Source of the DNA: Vicugna vicugna
Taxonomy: Eukaryota
Assembly (NCBI GenBank): GCA_013265495.1
Contig: MU061544.1
Location: 148,214-212,213, forward strand
Direction: 5' to 3'
Length of the DNA: 64,000 nucleotides
The notes under the pieces: model-generated
Databases searched by the model: none
Seen by the model: only the letters and a program-made list of their open reading frames with translations
What the model was told of the DNA's origin: nothing
In this document: positions 53,201-64,000 of the stretch, piece after piece
Layout: each line of letters opens with the position of its first letter
Position numbering within the stretch: the first letter of the stretch is position 1
Position numbers and translations under genes: made by a program

Positions 53201-53644
53201 ATAAAATAAATAATACACTAAGCTTACTTTAAACTAAACATATTTTAAGGTGTGTCAGGTGGAAAATGTGACAAAATCATAGCACTAGTTAATACATAAC
53301 TACTTTCATTAAGATGAGTAAATTACTTGCAGCTTTGCTATTATTATTAGTTAGATTATAAACATTTGGCTGATTAAGTTGTTTCATTAGAAAACTGCTG
53401 GATGTGTGTTCCCCCTGAATAGTTTTTCTGAGACAGTTTACAGCAGTAAGACAGCCAAAGTGATTGGCTTGTGTGGTATGTCACATGTAATCTTATCTAT
53501 ATTAGCATTACGTAAAACCAAGCTGGATAAAGTTAAAGCTTTATTTAAAAAGTAAATAATGGAAAAATGATTGTTGAGTTCTTTTCTAAATCCATTTAAA
53601 AAAAAAACAACAACAGTAAACCTGATCAGAAGTTCTGTTTACAT

Positions 53645-54118
53645 ACTAGATTAGCTTCCTACTGCTGTTGCAACAAATCACCACAAACTTAGTGACTTAA
53701 AACAAAACATGGATTATCTTATAGTTCCAGAGGTCAGAAGTCCACAAAGCAGTCTTATACCTGGGTGTCAACCAGGCTGCTTTCCTTCTAGGAACTCTAG
53801 GAGAGGATCATTCCCTTGCCTTTTCCAGACACTAGAGGTTATCTGCATTCCTTGGCTCATGGCTCACCATCTTCAAATCCAGCAACTTAACATCTTCAAA
53901 TCTCTCTCTGACACTGACCCTCCTACTTTCACTTTACATTCAGAAGGAGTCTTATGATTATATTGGCCCATCCAGACAATATGGTATAATCTTCCTATCT
54001 CAAGATTTTTAACTAAATCACATCTGTAAAATCTCTTTTGCCATTTAAGGGCACATACTCATAGGTCCCAGGGATTAGGATTTAGTTATCTTTAGGGAAC
54101 ATTATTCTGCCTAACACA
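53645..54118 (-). mobile_element. MaLR LTR (MLT1C/D-like), near full length
   Basis: caacaaatcaccacaaacttagtgacttaaaacaa...aatcacatctgtaaaatc...attattctgcctaacaca. Confidence 0.85.
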
Positions 54119-54249
54119 TACCAATTTATTAAAATGAATAACATATTCTAACTCGCTTAAAGCAGGTCCAAAAGTAAATCTACCTGGCAAATGTTTTTTC
54201 TTGTTAAACTAAATTACCTGCATATAACTCAGAGATATTAAACAATTTA

Positions 54250-54380
54250 TGTTTGTTTAGGAGTTTTTTTGTGGGGGTTATTAGGTTTATTTATTTCTTT
54301 TTAATGGAGGTACTGGGGATTGAACCCAGGACCTCATGCATGCTAGGCAGGCACACTACCACTGGGCTATACCCTCCCCC
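54250..54380 (-). mobile_element. tRNA-derived SINE (Vic-1-like) with TSD
   Basis: TSD taaacaattta at 54239-54249 and 54381-54391. Confidence 0.92.
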
Positions 54381-54564
54381 TAAACAATTTAAAAATAAAT
54401 TTAAAAAACAAATTATTTCTCTATCTCACAAGGTAAAGTTTCTCATCTTTAGTCAAGAGCAGTAAGATCAGAGATTATAAAAATATTTTTCTCATCAGCC
54501 AATTTTTGAATCAGTGTTCAGAAGCCAATTATTATTACAAATTTTCACATGTTTTATCAAACCT

Positions 54565-56425
54565 TTAAAAAACTGGAAAGAAAACCTTCAGTAACAAGGG
54601 AAACTGAAAAATTCACAAATATGTGGAAATTAAGTGACACACTCCTAAATGACCAATGGGTCAGGGAAGAATTCAAAAAGGAAATCAGAAAGTATCTTGA
54701 GACAAACAAAAATTAAAATACAACATACCAAAATGTATGGGATACAGCACAAGCAGTTCCAAGAGGGAAGTCTACAGCAATAAATTCTTACATTAATAAA
54801 AAGAAAAATTCAAATAAACAACCTAAGTTTACACTTCAAGGAATTAGAAAAAGAAGAACTAAGCCCAAAGTTAGTAGAAGAAATAATAAATGAAATAGAG
54901 ACTAGAAAAAAATCAAAGAAAATAAGGGTTTTTTTTTTTTAAGATATAACTGGCTGAACTTTAGCTAGACTAACCAAGAAAAAAAAGAAAAGAGGACTCA
55001 AACAAAACAAAACAAAATTCTAAATGAAAAAGCAGACATTTATCCAACTGATATCACAGAAACACAAATGATCATAAGAAGTTACTACAAACAATTATAT
55101 ACCAATAAACTGGATAACCTAGAAGAAATGGAAAAAATTCTTAGAACCATAAAACCTACCAAGATCATTAGAAATCTTACCAGACGAATAATGACTAAGA
55201 AGTTTGAAAAAATAGAGGAAAATCTCCTTGGCATGCGTCTTGGCAATGATTTTTTGGATATGACACCCCAAATGCAGGCAACAAAAGCAAAATAAGCAAC
55301 TGGGACTATCAAACCAAAAAGCTTCTGCACAGCAAAGGAAATTATCAACAAAATGGAAGGCAACCTACTGAATGGGAGAAAGTTATCTGCAAATCATATA
55401 CCTGGTTAGGAGTTAATATCCAAATGTACAATTCATTAGCAAACTCTTATAACTCAATGGCAGAAAAATTAACAATCCAATTAAAAAATGGGCAGAGGAC
55501 CTGAATAGACATTTTTCTAAAGAAGATATACAGATGGCCAACAGGCACATGAAAAGATGCTCAACATCACTAATTATGGAAATGTGAATCAAAACCACAA
55601 TGAGCTATCACTCACACCTGTTAGAATGGCTATTATCAAAAAGACAAAAAAAATAACAGGTGTTGGCAAAAATGTGGAGAAAAGGGAACCCTTGTGCACT
55701 GTTGGTGAGAATGTAAACTAGTGTAGACACTATAGAAAATAGTATGGGGGCTCCTCAAAAAATTAAAAATAGAGCCACCATATGATCCAGCAATTTCACT
55801 TCTGGGTATATATATCTGAAGGAAATGAAATCACTATCTGAAAGAGGTAACTGCACCTCCATGTTCATTGCACCATTATTTACAACAGCCAACACATGAA
55901 AACAACCTACATGTCTATGACTGGATAAAGGAAATGTGGCATATATTATACACACAATTCAGCCATAAAAAAGAATGAAATCTTGCCATTGGTGGCAACA
56001 TGGATGGACTTAATGGCATTATGCTAAGTGAAATAAGGCAGACAGAGAAAGATCAACACTCATATGTGAAATCTAATAAAACTTACAGAACAGAAAGTAG
56101 AATAGTGGTTGCCAAGTCCAGGGTGAGCATAGGAAACTGAAAGATGTTGGTCAAAGTGTACAAACTTGTAGTTATAAGATGAGTAAGTTCTGGGGAACAG
56201 TCATACAGCATAGTGAGTATAGTGTATTATTATATACTTAAAGTTGCTAAGAGAATAGATCCTGTCTGTTCTCATCACACAGAAAAAAAATTGTAATTCT
56301 GTGAATTGATAAATATGTTGACTAACTTTACTCTGTCAATCATTTCACGATATATATGTGTATCAATCACATTGTACACCTTAAATTTACATAATGTCAC
56401 ATGTCAATTATATCTCAGTAGTGGG
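54565..56425 (+). mobile_element. L1 (L1MA-type) with a large internal deletion removing the RT domain
   Basis: Post-endonuclease sequence ([16 protein letters not shown]) joins late ORF2 ([10 protein letters not shown]) near 55210. Confidence 0.85.
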
Positions 56426-57119
56426 GGGGAAGCCACTCTACCAGCATACATGCATTGATACTGTTAAGAAATAGTTTGGAATGAAAAGAAATACGTGGAC
56501 TTTAAAAAAATATTGAATGATTGTTATTATACACATATGCCAAAACAGAGACCTGAGAGTGACAAGAAGGCAAAACCATTTAATATTATAATTAATACTG
56601 GACTGCTGACTTCTGAAACTCTTCCTGAGAGTAAGGGAAAAAAAAAAGCCTAACTTGTTTAAATAAATGTCATTCCTCAACCTTGTTACCAGCACCTGAA
56701 TATAGTTCTAATTGCTACAGTTCTAAAAGATTTTCTTAATTCAAAAGTATTGTGCATTGGGGTAAGTAACTGATTTAATGTCTTGAGGCAGGAAAAAAAT
56801 AAATAATGAATTGGAAGACTGAGCTGCCAGAAAAGAAAGATGCCTTTCAAACAGATCTACAGTAGGGTTAAAAGATCAAAGCTGTACCCTATAAAAGCTC
56901 CCACAGGCCAAGTTGTGAAAGACTAAAAAATCAAAAAGAGAATAATAATTACAATTATTTGGAACTAGTTTTATCTGTGAAAAGCCTTGGGTACATAATG
57001 ATACTGGCAAATGGAAAAGTTAATTTAAAAGGTACAAAAGTTAATTATAAATATAAAAGAATATGACGCTAATAGAAGAATATGCTTCTATGTATATAAT
57101 CTGTATAAAATCAGGAATA

Positions 57120-57228
57120 GAGGAGGGTATAGCTCAGTGGTAGAGTGCATGTTTAGCATGCATGAAGTCCTAGGTTCAATCCCCAGTAACTCCATTAAAA
57201 ATAAACAAATAAAAATAAAATAAAATAA
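57120..57228 (+). mobile_element. tRNA-derived SINE (Vic-1-like) inserted in the kinase pseudogene
   Basis: gagggtatagctcagtggtagag head, (TAAAA)n tail, TSD ataaaatcagga. Confidence 0.92.
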
Positions 57229-57914
57229 AATAAAATCAGGAGGAATAAATAGCACTGGTGTTCAGACACATTGACCTGACAAATCAAAGTACAGTGATGA
57301 GTAGCAAGATGATAGATTAGCTAAAAATTCAGAGGCAAAAGCTGATCACATAGACATAATGCATGCTTTTCCTGGAGCAGACACATTTAGATAGCCTAGT
57401 ATCTAATAAAAAATTCCTATAAGATATTATGAATGAACTTTAAACTGAGGAAGACTATTCCCAGGTCAAAACTTGATGGGCATGTAAGTTGAGAGAGATA
57501 CACAATTTGAGGCATGGATTTGGAAATTCCAGTTGAATTAGCAATGAATCTTAATTCTACGAGGGACCCAGCCAGTAAATTTTTGCTGATGTGTGAATCC
57601 CTTTCAAAGATAAAATTAGAGACTATGGCTTGGCCAGAATCAGCAACCATGTCTGATCTGACATAGCACTGTTTCTCTTCAGGATCTCCTAGTATTTCTA
57701 TAACCTCAGGTAGAGTTATACTGTACAGAGTTATTAAAGACATAGGACCAGTCTTCAGTGTTGATATTTTAATACTTGTTTAAGTGTATATGTTGTAATA
57801 ACTTTTATTATCATAGTAAAAATTTCTATATGATGAAGGTATTGGAAGGAATCGAGAATCTTTGACACATTGGACTTATCATTGTATAGAGACATTTAAG
57901 AGCATCTAAGTTTG

Positions 57915-58095
57915 ATACATGTTGCTCTTTGCATTGATGGTTCATTTTTTATTGTTGACTGATATTCCCTAGTGTGAATATACTCCAATTTGTTTTTCCA
58001 TTTATTTGTTGATGGGCATTTGTGTTGTTTCCAGTTTTGCCTATGACAAATAAAGCTGCTACAATAAAAAAAATTATAGAAAAATAATAAAATAA
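57915..58095 (+). mobile_element. Retrotransposed polyadenylated fragment of antisense old-L1 sequence
   Basis: 17-bp TSD aagagcatcta(a/g)gtttg (57898-57914, 58096-58112); body is antisense L1; AATAAA at 58049 followed by an A-rich tail on +. Confidence 0.85.
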
Positions 58096-58559
58096 AAGAG
58101 CATCTAGGTTTGTACTAGACATTTAAATATATAGCAATACTTAGTGTATTTATTTTAATATTATTTGTACAGAATATTTAAATATTTTAATTGATTTATG
58201 GAATTATAACTTTATTATCAGAAAATTATAGTAAATATTTCTCTGCAGACACAAATGTCCCTCTGATAGCAATATTTCCTACAACACTTGTGTAAGGCCC
58301 ATAATATTCTCTAAAGACCAAACTCCATAACAAATAATTACTTCCAGAACAATGTACACACACAATTTTTAGTAAGTAGTCATTCACATTCAAATTTGAA
58401 TAATGATGATGAAACCAGCATGAATTGTAAAAAAAAACACACACACACACCCTCCAAAGGAAGCACAACAAAAGAAAAACTACACCATGAAAAAAAAGCA
58501 TTCCAAAAAGTAATTTTTCATCATCTTAAAGAAATTAGTGACAAGATAATTTTTCACAA

Positions 58560-59900
58560 AAAAAGCACAAAAATCATTCAATGTTCTGTATACAGGCTTT
58601 AAAGAACATAATAAAGACTTCAGTAGAGAGAAGAAAATAAATTGTGAGTTGCTAGGACCCCAGGAAGCCAAGGAAGAAAAAACAGTTTCAGAGATTAAAG
58701 ATGCATTGGAATCAACACCAGTGGAACAGACATGAATGAAAACCTAATGAAGGACATGAAATTATTATCAACCCAAAACTGAAAAGATTAGACCTGAAGA
58801 ATAATCAAGAACTACAGAAATGATAAATACGGAATAAAAAATAAACATAAAAAGTATTTAAAAGTAAAACAGAAGTTTTCACTGAAATAAAGATTTTAAT
58901 GGGTATACCAAAAGGGCACACTGTCTCTAGAAAAACTGAAATGAAATGCTGAATGCCAAGGCAAATGGCAGCAAACCACTGAACATTAAGTGTATTAAAA
59001 CTATATAAATGGACATTGGCAGAGGAAACGCAAGTCATGCACAAGGTGATGAAAAGTGGAGTTGACCCTTGAACCATGTAGGGGTTAGAAGCACCACCCC
59101 CCTGGTTTACCCCTCCCTCCCAGTGAAAAGTCTGCCTATAACTTCACAATTGGCCCTCCATATACTCGATTCTGCATCCACGGATTCAACCAAGTGCAGA
59201 TTGGGTAGTACTGTATTTATTGAAAAAAATCTGCATATAAGTGAATCCATGTAGTTCCAACGCATGTTGTACAAGGGTCAACTGTATATTGACTTCAGCC
59301 TTCTACAAATCAGCATTCAACTCAAGAAGATTACGTAGCAGTTACTCCATAGTGAGGGAGAAACTAAGTTCCAAGAATTTCATACCCAGCCAAGTTTTTC
59401 TTCAAGTGAAAAGACAATTGCAAATATTCTAAGGCATATAATAACCAGAAAATACAGCTTCCTTCTTGTAAGTTAAAGTCACAACCAAAAACTACCTGAT
59501 CATGAAATACAACTACTTAGTTGTGTAATTTAAAATAAAGAAATCAGGAATGGTGTAAACTTGGGGATAAGAAATAAATCAATTTAAATTTACAGGATTG
59601 ATGCTATTTTACATTTAGAGTTAGAAAAATGTACATAAGCATTATAAAATTTCACAATAGTAAAAGTATTATAAGTGAATAAAAGCTGAGGATGGTAAAG
59701 GTAAAGTTGGAATAAGTGGCCGAGTGTCAATTTTCTCAAATTTCCCAGAAAGGTGTTAAAATATATCATGTAGATTGGAAGCATAAACATGTATTAACAC
59801 CAAAATGGCTCCAAATTCTTAATGTTTTTGCAAATCTATTTTTTAATTTAGTCATATTTCAATTTTTCAAATAAACATTTATCTGAAGGGCTGCTATTCT
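58560..59900 (+). mobile_element. Ancient L1M/HAL1 ORF1-region fragments
   Basis: A-rich, ttgacttc..caaatcagcattcaac, ccaagaatttcatacccagccaag. Confidence 0.5.
59059..59284. mobile_element. Tigger1-derived MITE (TcMar-Tigger)
   Basis: Terminal inverted repeats agttgacccttg / caagggtcaactg followed by TA. Confidence 0.85.
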
Positions 59901-62900
59901 GTATTTCCCTTCAGTTCATTTTATTTTGTTGTCACAAGAATACTGTGTAATTTAAGAAGTGCACATAGAGTATGATTCTATTTTTGTAAAATGGGTAGAA
60001 TTTTTGAGTATTTGAATTTTTATAAATGAGCATGTTTCAATTTTTAATATACCATACTGTCATTTTTTTTGATAAAGGTAATTTAAAACATTTACATTTA
60101 CAGATAGCTTGTAAGGACTATCAGACACCAAGACACAAATAAAATGACAGGATTGGATATGGCTAAACACTGTATATCATTTGTAATTTAGAAGCCTGCA
60201 TTCGGGATCCCATTATACCTGCAAAGACCTCTCCAGTCTTCCTCATTCTTTCATATTGCATTCACATAGATCAGACCTAACTGATTCGTAAGGAGTAAGT
60301 GAGCAGTTGTGCTCTGCAAACGCCAAGCTTCTAATTAAGTAAGTCCAATTAAAAGCTCATTTCTGTAATTGAGCAGAGATGTAATCAAGCTTAAAGAGAA
60401 GCAGAAGAACAAGACACAGGCAGTTTATTTAGGGGAATGGGTGTAGTGATTCTGAACTTTAATAATTTTAAAATAATGGCTATGCTTCCATAAAGTGCAT
60501 TAGAATTTCTCCTCCGTTGTCTTCAAGATCAATAGCTAAAATACAGCCACCATGCCAGCACATTGGGAATAACTAAAATTCAAGATATGAATAAGCTTTG
60601 GAAGCATACAGGTTTACAGACGGAAAGCAATCTTTTGAGGTCCTTGCTTCCAAAATGCTTAAAGCATGCGTGCATAGGAAAAGTGTATGTTAGCTTCATG
60701 TTCCACAGATTAGGATATTCAAACCTTAAAGCAAATGTAGAGTTTTCTAGCACTCCTTAGTGAGACTGTATCTAAATGAAATCACTGTTCTTTTTATCTA
60801 GTTTAATGCAACATCTTTGACTAAAGTTATCTTTCAGTTTTTTCAAGAAACTGGTTTGATTCTGACAGCAATTATAATATGCTTAATTTATGGAAACGAT
60901 TGCACTTCATAATAATACAACTGAAATCAAGATTGGGGGGACAGTAGCATTCATTTTGCCACAATGTTTTGGGAACTAAACTAAAAACATTTAACGTATT
61001 TATACACCAAGTAATATTTGCATACTATTTTATTTCTTATAAATCTTTCAATAAAAAAGCTCATATTGTCTTTCTACTGAGAATTTGAAATAGTTATCCA
61101 AATGAAATCAATAAAATCTTTTAAGCTTATTTTAAGATATTATTGTGCTACCTTATACAACCAAGAATAAGAAAGAAAAACGTGTTATACCTTTGAAATG
61201 CAAATTCTGAGTCTTTAAGGAAGTGTTTTAAATTACTGCATGCTACTTTCAAAGGGTTATTTTTCCAAAATTTGATGTTTATAATTAATCAAAATACTTC
61301 TTTTTTTGTTTGTTTGGGGAAGCAGAGTTCAAAATTTGTAGAAAAAATATATTACTTCCTTTCCCTAAATTCTAAAAGTAGTTATTTCTATATAGAGAAT
61401 AACTTAGAAAAATCAGTTCACTTAGAAAAATCAGTAGACAGTAATACTTCAGTGCTGGTTTAGAATGTCATAAAAATTCCCCCAATGGAATTCACACTTT
61501 CTGTGGTCTAACATCTTATCCTTATAATTAATCTTCACCTTCAACCCAGGATATGAGAAGACTATATAGACACCTGTCTTATTTTCTTTATCTCTACTGC
61601 TACAAAATATTTTAAAATTACATCTTTTGTCATATTTCCAGTGTGAAATTAAACTTCCACAGATGAACTTAAATTGCTTCAATGGCACTACAAAATACTA
61701 AGAATTAATAAAGTACAAAATAGAAATAAATTATTACTTTGCTCCCTCACTAAAACCTTTAAGGTTTGGTGTTGAAAGTTTCATAAATACATGCTCTTGA
61801 CAAAAAAAAATTAAGAAAAGATATTGTAGAGTTCTACGTAATGTCTATTCTTAGTTGCTTGTTACGTAAGCCAATGGTAAAGACATACATGTTACCAAAA
61901 ATGTCCAAGCTGCATAATTTCATTACTATTTCATAAATGTGAAAGCAACTAAGAGAGGAGAAAAGTACAGTTGATTTTAGATCAAGTAAGTTTAAGAGTA
62001 TGGTGAATAAATGGGAATTTATAAATATATTGGATATTTTCACTGACTTCTACATATGTTTCATTACAAAATAAAAAATTAAGATTCAAAATTTTCATAA
62101 CAGCTCACAAAATAGTGGGAAAACAATAAATACATGTTGAATGAAGTATAAACACAAAGAAGCAGATTTAAGGAATTTTAATCATATAATATTCATATAG
62201 TATATTCTGTTGGGTGTAGTACAAACTCCGAGCATCATCACATCTTTTCAGCCTAGATGATTACTCTTAAGGAGGTTCTCCACCTGTCTTTCCAATAGTC
62301 TCAATCCAGTTCTCCATCATTTTCTTTCCAAGTCTTCAAGATCCTGGCCTTAAAACAACTGGAAAACCTTGGCTCAACCTTCAGCTCAATGAACATCTGG
62401 GTCTTTCTCAGCTACACTGTTATTTCTCCTTAGCTCAGTGTGAAATTCTTCCAAATCAACCTTCTAACATATATCATCCCTACAGTCACTTTTGCAACCC
62501 AGTCTGGGCCACCCTCTTGGGGAATTCTTGGACCCACACCAATTTTATATATAACATATTGAATGTAATATAATATGTAGTCAAGATGTTGACCAAAGAT
62601 CATTTAAAAAACATTCAAATTGTGTTCATCTCACTTTGACTATAAAAGTAATAGCACACATGATACATTTTAGAAAGATGCTATCAAAAGTCTTAACTTT
62701 AATTTTATCAAAATAAAAAGAGCACTGCACTGTAAGAGCAACTTTTACTGGGCTCACATTGTGTTTTAAATTTCTGTCCTATTATTTTTTGCTTGTAATG
62801 CATTCTTTTGTAAAAATTGCCTGTGAAAGGAATATCTGCCCTCTATGTTGCCTAATCTCCCATAACAATGAATATCTGTTGAGGTTATAAAGGTCTCTCA

Positions 62901-62999
62901 ATCCCCTGACTGTTGTTTAACCTCAAATCATATTTAAATGAAGTATGTAATGAAATGTGCTTTTGATCCAACTATCAGGTCATCATAAGCAGAGATGTA

Positions 63000-63377
63000 A
63001 CACATAGCTTCTTTTCAAAGGAGGACCTGCCACTCCAGTTACTCTCAGCTCCTTTAAGTATTATTTCAGCTGCCTCATTCAAGGTCATGCCTCTCTCAGG
63101 CAGCCCAGGTCCAATGATCGCTTAAGATGAGGGTATAAGGCCTAGCCTTTTGATCCCTAGAGGGACAATTCTAAAGGACCAGTCTAATTCTAGAACTTTC
63201 CTCACAGGATGGACTGAGATTCTGGATGGCCCTGTCTCAAAATTGGACTTCTCCCTCCTCCCACTCCTGCCTTCTCCCTTCCACAGCTTTGGATCCCAAA
63301 GGCACTCTCGCATAAAAAAACCCCTGCAAACTAAACTGTGTCTCAGATTGGCTTCCCAGGGAACACAACCTATGACA
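63000..63377 (+). mobile_element. ERVL LTR (LTR16-like)
   Basis: caaggtcatgcc, gggtataaggcctagcc, gatcccaaaggcactc, tctcagattggcttcccagggaacacaacctatgaca. Confidence 0.75.
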
Positions 63378-64000
63378 CATCTATTCACAATTTGCTGTAC
63401 AAGTAAGATAACTTGTTTTGAAAATCTACCACATTGCAGTTGAGTACCTCTAAATAACTGTATGGGCACTTTTAAATGTCATAGAAGTCCTTTGCAACCA
63501 ACAAGACAGATATTCTCTAAAAATAACTTGAGCAGGCTGCAACTGATGTCTTATTTGAAAAATGGTCAGATTGCTCTGATTAGGTTACTCCGTAATAATG
63601 TAGTCAAACTGCTTTAAAAAATTAGTGCAATTAACCTATAATAAATGAATAATTATGGAACCTCTAGTCTGTAGTTCACACTGGTGATTGAAAGAAAGTG
63701 AGGGAATCTAGGTTATGTGAATTGAAATGAGGATTTTGGAATAATTTTGACCCAAATAATTATCATACATTTAATTATTCTTGGGTTTACTCTTTACAAA
63801 GTTGGCTAATTATTAAGAAATTATATATATATATTTTTCCAAGACAAATTTTTTCTCAAAATATTTAGAACTCCTTGCTATTCAACAGGAAACTTTTAAA
63901 GGAAATAGACTTGAACATTACTTCCCACAAACTATGGTGAGTTCTGGTTACCAGACTGACATATAAATAGCTTAGAAGTCATAAACTCCCATCCTCACAA

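Larger units (their letters stand above)
57063..58271 (+). pseudogene. Ancient NEK2-like Ser/Thr kinase retropseudogene, interrupted by two insertions
   Basis: Collinear matches to recalled NEK2: MTLIEEYASMYII (MPSRAEDYEVLYTI), KIRR, LVFRHID..alphaC Glu position = TAG 57318 (LVWKELD..E55), EEDYSQVKT*WACKLREIH (EEFVLRVMTQLTLALKECH), DYGLARISNH at 57621 (DFGLARILNH), KVLEG, TRHLNI (TRMLNL), PLIA (PLIA). Confidence 0.75.

Noticed and set aside
351..57228. About ten tRNA-Ala-like sequences with A and B boxes
   Set aside because: They have A-rich tails, TSDs and scattered substitutions, so they are SINE copies and not tRNA genes
57417..57743. 108-aa minus-strand ORF
   Set aside because: No recognisable protein; it is the antisense shadow of the plus-strand kinase pseudogene
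61403..61436. Tandem copy of cttagaaaaatcagt with 18-bp period
   Set aside because: Ordinary two-copy microduplication
1..64000. Excess of plus-strand L1s as a hint of a minus-strand host gene
   Set aside because: The bias is modest and no coding exon was identified, so intron versus gene desert cannot be decided

Overview
AT-rich mammalian DNA, most likely from a camelid (camel/alpaca/llama): it carries about ten copies of a short tRNA-Ala-derived SINE matching the camelid Vic-1 type, plus artiodactyl-type L1 3' ends. I found no intact protein-coding gene. The window reads as gene desert or deep intron, dominated by L1, L2/MIR, ERV1/ERVL/MaLR solo LTRs and hAT/Tigger DNA transposon fossils. 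Main results outside the repeats: (1) a heavily decayed, essentially intronless NEK2-like kinase pseudogene at ~57063-58271 (+), invisible in the ORF track and later split by a SINE and by a TSD-flanked polyadenylated antisense-L1 fragment; (2) a probable very old solitary olfactory-receptor-like pseudogene at ~51614-52352 (+); (3) a 114-bp locally templated insertion copied from 1.9 kb away; (4) a twin-priming L1, nested LTRs and several enhancer-like non-repeat islands. All family names and protein comparisons come from recalled consensus sequences, not database searches, so subfamily names and many boundaries are approximate.
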